The position numbers were made by a program, and so were the translations under genes. Shown here in pieces: positions 36,901 through 48,900 of a DNA stretch of 64,000 nt. The notes below the pieces were generated by a model. The model ran no database searches, was not told where the DNA came from, and saw only the letters and a program-made list of their open reading frames with translations. The stretch covers positions 744,001 through 808,000 of the forward strand of contig NC_092674.1 in the NCBI RefSeq assembly GCF_964355755.1, read 5' to 3'. Within the stretch, counting starts at the first letter, position 1. The number at the start of each line of letters is the position of its first letter. The DNA comes from Antedon mediterranea (Eukaryota; Animalia; Echinodermata).

Positions 36901-39900
36901 TCAGGCTTGCAAGTGCGCACGGTGTCAGGCTACCGGTCCGCGATTGCGGCCATTACGCCGCCATTCAAGGATGGCTCGACGGTTTCAACTTCCGCAGTAA
37001 TCACGCAGTTGTTACGCGGTATGTTCAGAGAGCGACCTCCATCTAAGGTCTTAGTTCCACGTTGGGACGTTAACGTCGTTCTCTCCGCACTCACTCGCCC
37101 GCCATTTGAGCCAATGAGCAAGGCTTCATTATATAATCTCTCGCTTAAGACAGCGTTTCTGGTGGCGTTGTCCTCATGTAAACGCTGAGGCGAGCTACAT
37201 GCGCTCACGCTAGAGCCAGGCCATATACGATTTGAGCGTGGTGGAGTCCGGTTATTATTCAGGAAGGACTTTCTGGCCAAGTCCCAGACGTTAAATTTTT
37301 CGCCGGCTGTGTTCGTTCCATCAATGTCCGCATTCTCGGGGGTAGTAGAGGACACATCCTGGTGCCCGGTAAGAGCACTCAAATTCTACATCCACCGTAC
37401 AGAGACGTTGCGAGAGGGTATATCTCACTTATTCGTCACATCGGTGCCCCCGTATCGGCCGGCCGCAAAATCCACGATTGCAACTGGGTCGTGGCAGCGA
37501 CTCGGGCCGCTTATGAATCGTCCAGCACTTCGCGTTGTACGCTGGCGGTTCTATATCAGACATTATGACAGCGGCATGGTGGCGGACACAGTCTACGTTT
37601 ACTGGGCATTAGGGACAATTCTGCAACCATGGCGCCAGCAGCAGCAGCGGTGCTAAAGCCTAGGTTATAGGTATGTACACCTCACTTGCTCTGCTCTTTG
37701 TTAACTTACTCCCACCGCCGACTAGTTCTAGTCCGGTGCTAATCTGGCTATTGTCGGTTTATACAGGTAAGCTAGGCACGATATAGACTACACAAACCAG
37801 TAGTGGTGTTAGTAGTCTATGAGTGCTAGCTTACCTGTATAAACTCCCTCCCGCCGTCCCCGCAGTCAAGTACGCGGAAAATGATGACGGTGGTACGTTG
37901 GTACGTTCCCACATGAGGGCGTGGTTGCGGACGGGTCCATTATAATGCAGGGGTGTTCTAGGAACTTTTCACTTTCGTATCTAAGCCCTCCCTCTGGAGA
38001 GCACGGGCTATTGTCGGTTTATACAGGTAAGCTAGCACTCATAGACTACTAACACCACTACTGGTTTGTGTAATTATTTTATTATGTACAACAATTTCTT
38101 GTTAATTCTGGAAGATTTAATTGATGTTTCTGTTAGTTGTTTTAAAATGTTGTATTTGTTAATCTGAGGCGCCTTGAAGCTAAGATGGTTCCATCTTGTA
38201 AGGCGCCTCTGTGTAATATACTGAATAAAAAAAAAAAAAAAAAAAAAAAAATATATATATGAAATAGATATTTTGTACCAAACGTGTAGCTATACATAAA
38301 AATAATGTTATTGTAACTAACTTTAGTCTAGAATTTACTTTTTTTTTTACACCACCTACAATGATTTGTGTTGTAGTATGAAAACAGTTCCAACTCCTTT
38401 GCAGTCTAGTTCCAATATCAGAAGACGACAGGTACTGGTTCAACAATCTTAAAAGCATGTGAAATTTGTACTTAACACACTAATAAGTGATTAATAATTA
38501 TTTTGAATGTTATGAAATATAATAATGTACTTTGCCTGAAATATATGTTTTTAACAAAAACCCATGCATGAAGTTCATACTGTATGTTATTCTAGTGTAA
38601 TTTAACATTTCCTATAAATATGATAAACTTAGATTCAGCGAAAATCTGTTATTTCTCCTTGAAAAATTTTATGTTTCAATGAAAAGTTCCAAAAAGTTGG
38701 TTCTTCTTCAATGAATTACCAAACAACTTTGTGATTTTGAGGTTGAGACAGGTCGTCTGCATAGTTCTTTTCAATTCATTCTTTTTTACTTTATTCATTG
38801 TCAATATTTTGTTATTTATAAAGTTCTAATCCGAATGACAAAGTATTGTATAGTTATGGGTTTTACAAATGACTTAGTCAGTGAGTTTAAATATTTTCTA
38901 TACAAATCATTTCAATTTTCCATGTAACTTCATTTATTTCACATATATATTTTTTCTAAACATTTTAAATGTCAATTTTCCTTGTTAAAAACAGATTTTT
39001 CATTTTATTTCAATTCTACATCCAACAGCCAATTACAGGATGCCTTATTTATTAGTATGTTGTGTGTTTCACCCCCTAAGTTACAGTGTTGACTCTTTAT
39101 TCTTGGGGTCCTCTCTCTTTTTTGAAAGATGTTACAGAAGGAGTGGAGAAAACTGCTTTGATTTGAAATTAAACTTCATTCATTTTCATAAAAATAGTAG
39201 GATTGAGACTACTGTAATGATCCAAATTGATGCATTTCTGCGTCATGTTGTATGTAGTTAGGGTGTGGTTTTGTAGGTAATTACTTGGAATAATGCCACG
39301 ACCTTAGTTAAGTATTAAGAGGTTGAGGGAATAATAGACTTAGAGATAACCTAAAAAGAAGAAAAGTAAATCTAATTATTAAGATAGGGCCTCAGTATAC
39401 GTTTGGTTTAAAAGTCTCCAAATTTATATGCACCAGTTGTGACAGACTTGTTCTCTTAGTAATGCATTTGAATATTATAATAGATAGACAGATATTGATG
39501 AAAAGCCAAAGGTTAACATTAACAGTTTTGAATATAAATCCAAAGGAAAATTAATGAATACAATACTGTAGGTATCAGTGGCTGGATCTCAATGGAGATA
39601 CAAAATAAAATAAGCACTGAAAATATGACAATGCTGTGGGTATCAATGGCTGAATCTCGATGGAGATACAAAATAAAATAAGCAAGAAGCTAAATAGAAA
39701 CAATAAAGTAGCAGGGCTTTCGGGCAACACTAACCCTTCATTAGTGCAAGTGAGTTCAAGCTTTGAATAAAATATACATTTCTTGTGCTATAACAAACAA
39801 AATCAATACTATAGATAATGAATGTGACCATTTAAAGTGTGTCCAAGCAGAAAATATAATGTAATAAGTGATTTATAAATAGAAACAATTGCTTGTCCAA

Positions 39901-42900
39901 CAACTAATTAAATTGATTAGGCTACTGAGTGAAAGCTTCTCTTGAATGGTAAAGTAGATAAAACAACCTTAAATATTCAATTGGATACTTTATTCATTGG
40001 CACTGTATGAATTGTTAAACTTGCTTGTTTATGCTGGAAATTCAACAAACTTGGATGGTGAATACCTTATAAATATTCTGTGGAAGGACCAACATAATGC
40101 GAGGATATTAATTTCCATATCTGATGAATGTCTACAGTATACTAGTGAAGATTGAATTATTATTGTATAGGAATACAGTTATTGTATCAGAGAATATGAA
40201 TTGCTTTAAAGATGTTCCATTGGAGAAACAGGATTTAGTTAGTATTATTGTTACATCATGCTTACACGTATATATCATCTGTATATTTTCTAGTGTGTTT
40301 TTTGTTCAAATTGTAAAATGTTTTCTGTTGCTGTTTTTACTAATGTAATGATGCATAAAGGTTACAACATTAACCATAACATTAATGATAAGAAACACAT
40401 TATGATTTTATGTCTAATAATTTCAGTTTTTTTTTTTAAAGAAAGTGATAATTTAGTTGAATGCATGAACATTTAAAACAACATTTTTGTATGAATGATA
40501 TACTGTATAATATCTGTATATATAGGCCTACTGTTTTATAATATATTTATGTTTTTTTAAAGAAACATTTGTTTCCATAGATTTTTTTTATGGATAATTG
40601 ATTGTACAGTATGTTACTGCATGAAAACCAAAATAGTTTCCATTTCTATTCATTATAACACAACAAATCATTTAGTTTTAGAAATTAATTTGCTTACACA
40701 ATAATAGTTCTTTGGTGCTCCATACAGTATCGTATCAGTGTCAAAGATATTAATATATCTACCATATCAATCAACATCTTTCAGAAAGTCTAATCTATTG
40801 AGACTATAAATATTGGCTTATTTTGTTTACAGTGCTGTGTAGATGATAATTTGTCGGTGGCTGAGATACTGATTCAACGAGGTGCGGACATTAACGCCCG
40901 GGATGATGACTGGTGGACACCTCTTCACACAGCCTGCGCTTGTGAAAATTCTGAAATTGTGAACCTTCTACTTAGTGTAAGTTTTAATAATTTGTTTATT
41001 TTGATGAATTTGACCATTTATAAATGTTATTATCTATGACTTTAACTTTTATGAATCTGTATGTGATATATCAACTTACTGAAGATAGACCTACAGTACT
41101 TGGTGATCCATCAGTTATGAGCCGTCAGCCATGATGGAATCAAAATGAATGATGTAATTTGAGATTTGAATGTTGGCCTATTGTATATTTATTGTATTGT
41201 TTTCAGGATGGCCTCTTCAAGTCAGCTGCACTGCTTTTAGATAGCAGTTAAAATATGTTTTTTTTAAAATAAATTTATCATAATTATTTACAGAATGGAG
41301 CAGATGCTAAGCTTATTGATATTGATGGTAATGCACCTATTGACCACACCCCTGCTGGTAGTGACACAAGACAAGTTATGGAACAACACATGAAAACTTT
41401 AGGTATAATTTATTAGCTAAAGATCAACGATTTCAAAATAAAAAAACAACTCAAATATCCACCAAAAGTTTTTGAATTTGAATACAGTATGAACAGTTTT
41501 AAACAACACATCTAAAAAATATTGTGCTTCTGTTAAAAACTTTTTAAAATATTTAAAAATAGATTGGTAGATTATAGCAAGTTGTCTTATTTGTACTAAC
41601 ATATATGTCTTACAGTGTTGCCATTATCTACTTATTCCAGGTTACACTGATGAAGAACTTAGAAACATTAAAAACCAAACAGCTCATGACATGCTGTCAG
41701 AAGTTCAAGAGTTTGTTAACACTGGAGGCAATGTTAACGCTACCACTGATTCTGGTATATCTTTAGTAAGTACTTACTTTATTCACTTTTCTTTTAAAAG
41801 AATGGAAATCAGTTGCTTTTTATATCTTTCTGTGTTTTTATCATTGAATATTTTACTTTGATCTTCAGAATGAAGAAATTCCACAAAAAAATATTTATTT
41901 ATTGTCACATTCGACAGAGAAGGAAAACTAATAAAATGGATTTAAAATATTTAAAACAATATAAACTTTTTCAAAACATTATAAAAACTTTCAACAATAT
42001 CACATATCTTTTACAAAAGCATTGATAAAAAAAAAGGGTCAAGAGAATTATCTTTTTCAAATATTAGAAAATAAACATTTTTAGAGTAATATTTTGTTTT
42101 TGTTTTCTAACAGATGCACGTTGCAGCTGCCAATAACTACAGAGACGTGGTCCGTCTTCTAAGTGAACACAAGGCCAACATTGATCTACAGGATAATGAG
42201 GGCTGCACTCCACTTCACCTGTCGTCCAAATTTGGCAACACAAGAATGACCAAGTTACTGGTCAAGAATGGTGCTAACCCATTTATTGTGAACAATGATG
42301 GCGACAAACCTAAAAGTATGTTGTAAATGCATATATTCTTTTGTTTCAAATATTTAAAAAAAGACTTAAAGAAAAGTCTAAGTTGGCCTGTCACACCAAA
42401 ATCAGTCCGGGCCAAAATCGGTCCGGCCTAATCAATATTGGATAATTGTTTTATAATAATTGTATTGAATTGATATATTGATTGATTAACCATAAATAAT
42501 TAATAAATTAAATTGTTTTTAACATCATGGGGAAACGAAGATGTTAAAAAAGAACAAAATGGATTAAAAACAGGCAGAGATACATATTGTATACAAAAAG
42601 CCTAACAATTAGTACTAATTATTGATGAGTTACTACTAATAATGATAATAAAAAAAACAGGCTTAATTTATAATATTAAAATAACAAATAAAACCCCGTA
42701 GTTTTCAATATAATGACTAATCATGGCCTTTTTTTAATGATATATACATTATGTCTCATTTTGCGCACCATATATTTGTAAGACCGGACCACATTTGGCG
42801 TCCAAAAACAGTCCTACTGCCCGGACCGATTTTATCCAGGCCGGACCAGTTTTGGCGGCCAAAAAACAATTTAATTGATTAATTATTTATGGTTAATCAA

Positions 42901-45900
42901 TCAATATATCAATTCAATACAATTATTATAAACAATTATCCAATATTGATTAGGCTGAGGAAGGAAAAAGGCCTCAATCATAAATAAAATCTAGCTGGCA
43001 ATATCAGCGTCTCATACCCGTTCGTGTGAGTGTGTGGCAGGCCGAAATATGAGTGAACACCTAAGTCATGTTTTTAGATAAAATACATTTATTTATAGTA
43101 TTTATCCGACAAGATAACTTACTAATATATATCATGGGATATTTTTCTAGCCATAAACAACTTAAAACAGCATCATAGGCCTAGTAATTCAATTAAAATC
43201 GACAGAAGAAAAGCCCGGACCGATTTTGGCAGTGGCGGACTGCTTTTGGCCACAATTTTAGAGCCAAAACTGGTCCGGCCGGACCGATTTTGGCCCCGGA
43301 CCATATTTATCCTGACAGGCCGACCTTTGTGTCATTTAAGAATTTTTGGTTTAGAACCATGTGTCGTAAAACGACTTTGAGTTTAACGATCAACCCATAT
43401 TATTTGGTTTGTGAATAGTAGCACTAATTAGCTATGTAAGACCTGTTGTTTTGTAGTTATAATTTGGCCTAGAAAAATGTAAGACCTGGCCTAGAAATAT
43501 GTAAGACCTGGCCCCCTAGAAAAATGTCATCAAAAGTATCTAAATCTTTGTTATTACACAGCTATAGCAGCAACTGACCTGATTGAAGACATTTTAAAGG
43601 CAGCCGAGCAAGAATATAAGCCAGAAAAAGCCCAGCAGACTGTAAGTGATGAACCAATCTATGATGCAGCTATCTATGAAGATACAGTCTCTCTACTCAG
43701 GCTAAACAGCAAAACTATGTAAGTAACATAGAACATCAATAATTAAGTATAGACTTAAGAGACTTAAGTATAGACTTAAGTTATAGAATTAAGTATAGAC
43801 TTAAGTTATAGAATTAAATATAGACTTAAGTATATACTTAAGTGTAGACTTTTCCTATGGACACTTTCCTACAAAACTAAGATGTCGAGTGTAACAATAT
43901 AGGTTTTAACACTACAACCAATCACTTTGTTAGGCCCTAAAGATGTCACTTAAATATTGTTTTGGCCCCAAATGGGAATTTCCCTGTCTAATATAATTTG
44001 ATTAACAGTAGAAGTAATTTCAACTTATATAACATAAATAAAATGTGTCTCATTTTGTTAAGACGGCCTCGTCACATTTCGTTGTCAAAATCTGACATGA
44101 TCTTTGAGTCGGAGACAAGACTACCAGGAGACGAGGAGAAACGAGAGGAGGACGAGGAAGAAGAGGATTATGTGTACAGAGGATTTAAGATACCAAAAGA
44201 GAAAGAAGCCGTAAATTGTTAAAAAATCAGAAATTATATTTATAAAATATTTTTTAAACAAACTTACAGCACAAATTTAACACACCTTGAATTTTCAACA
44301 CGTTTCACGTGTCTTCATAGATCAGAAGATTCCACTATACTAAACTAAGGACTGTAATTCCAATCTAATATAATTTAGCTAATCATTTTTCTCTGTTGTC
44401 TGCAGCTTGTTTGCCATTTTTATCATTTTATTCAATTTCAATTACCTTTTGTGACAGGGCTTCCTTCCAAAAACCAGTCAAACAGATGACCTTGCATCGG
44501 TAGCCAACCTCACTCAGAACACCCTTCTACAAGAACTAATGCTTCGCTACACCAAGGACCAGATTTATGTAAGAACATTAATGTTATTTGCATGATCATG
44601 ATTTGGTATTCTTGTTTAAATGTAACACTATTTTTGGAGAATGATGAATAGAGATATAGGTAGGCAGATATGTGTTAAAATGTATGTAAGCTCTGTCTAC
44701 ACTAGCAAACTTGATAGTGATGTGATGTGCCCATATATAGACATGACTAACATCATATCACTACCATATTTAAGCATATCGTCACTATATTTGAGCACAT
44801 CACACTTTTGTCAAACTAGTTTGATAGTGTAGACAGAGCTTAAACATAACAGAAAGTTTCTTAAATTAATTAATAAAGAATATGTTTTATTTTTTAGACA
44901 TATGTTGGAGATATTTTGATTTCGGTGAACCCATTCAAAGAGCTTCCTATCTATTCTAAAAGTATATCTAAACAGTTTGTGGGCATCGTTGACCGGGGAA
45001 AACTCTCACCTCACATCTACGCAGTTGCCGACCGCTCATTTCAGACACTAGTGCGAGGGAAACGTTCCCAATGCTGCATTATCAGTGGTGAGAGCGGAGC
45101 CGGCAAAACTGAAGCTTGCAAATATTTTGTGCAACATCTTTTGTGGTCGGCACAAAGTGATGAGAACTTCTTGAACAATAAGATACAACAGGTATACTAA
45201 TATTTAACTTCTTCTAAAATAATGTTTTTTTATATTAAATGTACAATTTATTTTAGACGATATTATTCCCTGTGATTAGTATGTAGAAGACAATAAAGGC
45301 TGTTATCATTATTTTAATTTATTCGTTTTAAAAGACTGAGTGAAAATTAAATTATGTACTTTAAATTGTTTTTATTATCCAATACTTTTATTGTAACATG
45401 TTTGTGTAGGGCTTTGATGATGGGAGAATACAGAACACAAAGATACAGCAGGTAGATTGGTGTTGTGCAACACATTTTGAATCATGTCACCGCTAAAAAA
45501 AAAAACTAAATTTACAAAATGTTTCATTTCATTTTAAACATGGTTTTATCTCTGTTTATTGAATTCTGTGTTTTTTTTCCTAATCCTAACAAATTTCACT
45601 CATAAAATTGTGTTTCATTCCATTTTAATATATACAATATTTTGGAATAACATTGTTTTTCACTCTCTCTCTCTATTAAATATTGTATTGTTTTTTTAAA
45701 ATGTTTTATCTTCTAATCTAAGTTTAATATATTTAACTCATTAAATTATTGATTTATTCTACAAAACACATTCATGAATAAAGCTTCAGAATTTTACTGC
45801 AGTCTGCAGAATTCAACCTGGTCATTTCGAAAGCTAAAATTCATTGACTAATTTTGTTTTTTTGTATTTTCATAAATATACCTACAAGGTTAAGTTCCAT

Positions 45901-48900
45901 CTCTCAGCAGCTCAAGGACATACCTTCTTCAGCAATTGCATATTTTGCCAAACAAAAAGATGCTAGTTTTTAAAAAAGAGCTAAAGGTTGCTGATTCATT
46001 TTCAAGCTAAATTTCATTGACTTATTAATTAAAAGAGCTAAAAGTTGCTGTTTGCCCTTTTGGTGTAATATCTAAAAATCCAGAGAATTTATTCTGGTAG
46101 TGATTTGAGTGACCTAATGCTTTCAAAAGTTGTCTTGCTGCTTGTTATATTATGTGTGATTATGGTAGGCTACGCTTTAGCAAAAAGAAAAAAATACAAA
46201 GTTTGTATTTTGTTTGAGGTCCGCCATAGTTGTCTGGTCTTTTAATTTTGTCTTTTTGGTTTATTGTAAAATAATTATTATTTACCTTACAGACCTTTAA
46301 AAATTAACACCCTGTTTATTTATTTTGAATATTATGTTTATTAACTTAACTTAATAGGTAAACCCACTTCTTGAGTGTTTTGGTAATGCACAGACAGTCA
46401 TGAATGATAACTCAAGTCGCTTTGGTAAATACTTAGAAATACAGTTCAGCGAGAATGGCCATGTACAAGGAGGTATGCTTTCATATTATTACAATGTTGT
46501 AATATTAACAACTGTATAATGGATGTGCACACTGATGCATTAGATTTGACTGGATTTTAAAGAGTGAGTGTTCAAGTGGTGATAGTGAAACTGTTATTAT
46601 GAGCCATAGCATCAGCGAAGCGTTCAAGGCTCACTTGCTTCATGGTTCTGGTGGTAGAGCTATAAATAAATAATAAATAAAATTAACTGTCTCTCTCCAG
46701 GTTTCCTGGTTTTTGTGATGGGATGAAAGTTGTCCCAGTTTAGTTTATTATCCATCTTTGTTTTTTAAAGAATTAAATACTGAGCTAGCTTAAAGGTGAT
46801 ATTTTCATTCATGCTGTAATGTTATTCTAAAAGTTTAGACCTACTGGGTCTAGACGTGACAAAGGCCTATTTTAATCTGCATACAGTTACAATGTAAGTT
46901 CCATGTATATCAATTTGCATGAGCCTGCATCTATTGTGTTAGTGTAGCAAGTAAACATTCAGTAATCTTAGCTCATACCTTTAATTTTATCTTTCAAAAC
47001 ACATTGTCCCCATTGACACACTTTTTGTTTTCTTTATTTTTTCACACAAAGTATGTGTTGTATAAACCAATTTTTCCTGTTCTACTTATTAAATCTAATT
47101 ATTTCATGTTACTTTCTTTTTTGATTCCCCAGCCAAGATTTCAGAGTATCTGTTAGAAAAATCACGTATTGTTTATCAGAATGAGGGAGAGCGGAACTTT
47201 CACATATTTTATTTAATGTTCAGCGGCCTCTCACCTGATGAGAAGAAACGCTACTCATTAGACTTTCCATCGAGACACTTGTAAGAATAACAATACTATG
47301 ATAATTGATATTGCGTTAAGAAATTCCTTTATGGATTTTTATATTTTAAGATAGGAGAAAGGAAACAAATAAAATATATGTGTTATCCGCTTAATTAAAT
47401 TTTTTGAAAATAATAATAATAGTTGATTCTTATGTAACCCATTTAAGCAAGCTGTCAATGCACTAATTTAAATTAATGAAAAATTGCTTAATGAAAGTAA
47501 CCTCTCATGTTACATATTTTATTTTTACTCTTTTCAATTTCAGCTACTTGAGTAACACTACAGACACGAAGGATTTGACATCGCCAAAGAACGTGGAGCG
47601 CTTCTTTGGCGTCAGAGAATGCCTTCGTCTCATTGGTTTCACCTCTGATGTAAGTAAACATTTTCATTTATTTGAATCTGCAATAAAACACAATTTATTT
47701 TTAAAAATTATAATTCCTATAGGGATCCATTGCAAACAAAAATATTTCTTAACATTTCTAAAATGTAAAATATGGAGGTCATTGTCCATTAACATCTGCT
47801 TTGTTGGTAACATGTTTGTCTCAATCCCTTTAAAAATTAGTTTGTCATTTCTTACTTTTAAAAGGAAAGAAAAAACCCAATAAAATAATTGCATTGAAAT
47901 AAAAAACATTATTTTTGCTTTTCTGGCATCAGGATGAAGACAACTTGTTCAGAATTTTGGCGTCACTTCTTCACATTGGAGATATCGAATTTAAAAAACT
48001 GGACAATTCTGATGCAGCTGTCATCATTAATCCAGAGGTGCTTGACATCGTCTCAGAATTTCTTCAGGTTCCTGCTGAGGATCTCGAGGCTGCCATCATA
48101 TCAGAATCAAATTTTGTTAGAGGTAATATATATCTTCTAATTACTGGATATAAACCATATACTGTTTTATCTATGAATAAATCCTGCATTGACAAGCAAA
48201 TTATCTAACAATCTATAGAACTTATAACTTTAATTTAACTTCATTAGTTTAGTATTTGTTGTTAATTGATACCAAGTGTTTTATACCAAACTTAATATCA
48301 CAAGCCCCTTGTGGTTTCCTTGATGTCACTTTCGTCTTCTTTTAATTTGTTTCACTCATTTTTGTTATGTGTATTGTTTGATGAGATGAATTAAGAGATT
48401 GATTTGAATTGCACAAACAAAAACAAGCGTTCTTTAAATCTTTTACAGGTGAGATGATTAAAAGAGAGCGAAACGTTTCACAAGCTTGCGATTGTCGTGA
48501 TGCTCTTGCAAAGGCATTGTACGGCCGTCTCTTTAGTTGGGTTGTTAACAGCATTAACCAGCTTTTGCAACCTTTAGAAGATGCACCAGCATCCGTGGAT
48601 ATTGGTGTTCTTGACATCTTTGGTTTTGAAAACTTTACTAAAAACAGCTTTGAACAGGTATAAAAATAAGCTCTGTCTCTACACTATAACACATATGTGA
48701 CAAAAAAAATGTGATGTGCCCATATATGGACATGATGATGTCATATCACTACCAAAGTTCGGCACATCACCCTTATTTTGTCAAAGTAGTTTGATAGTGT
48801 AGACAGAGCTTAAGGTCAGAAAACATTATTTGTGTAATGAAAGATTGTGTGATGATTCAGAAAAACTTTCATCTTTAATAAGAAAGTAATGATAAAGATA

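Larger units (their letters stand above)
32802..38072 (+). mobile_element. DIRS-type tyrosine-recombinase retrotransposon copy 2 (near full length, defective)
   Basis: Left ITR 32802-~32972, ICR ~37747-37843, right ITR ~37877-38035 plus extension to 38072. Contains gag with an N-terminal Cys/His finger, RT, RNase H, MT and YR ORFs. GC-rich against the AT-rich host. No TSD. Confidence 0.95.
32235..38250 (+). mobile_element. CR1/L2-like LINE 3' fragment split by DIRS copy 2 (pieces ~32235-32801 and 38073-38250)
   Basis: [69 protein letters not shown] continues after the DIRS as [18 protein letters not shown] 3' UTR hairpin gaggcgcctt...aaggcgcctc and poly(A) at 38227-38250 follow. Confidence 0.85.

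Noticed and set aside
32802-38072. GC-rich island as bacterial contamination or prophage integrase
   Set aside because: It is fully explained by DIRS architecture (ITR/ICR, gag, RT-RH-MT, YR) and is precisely inserted in a host LINE fragment.
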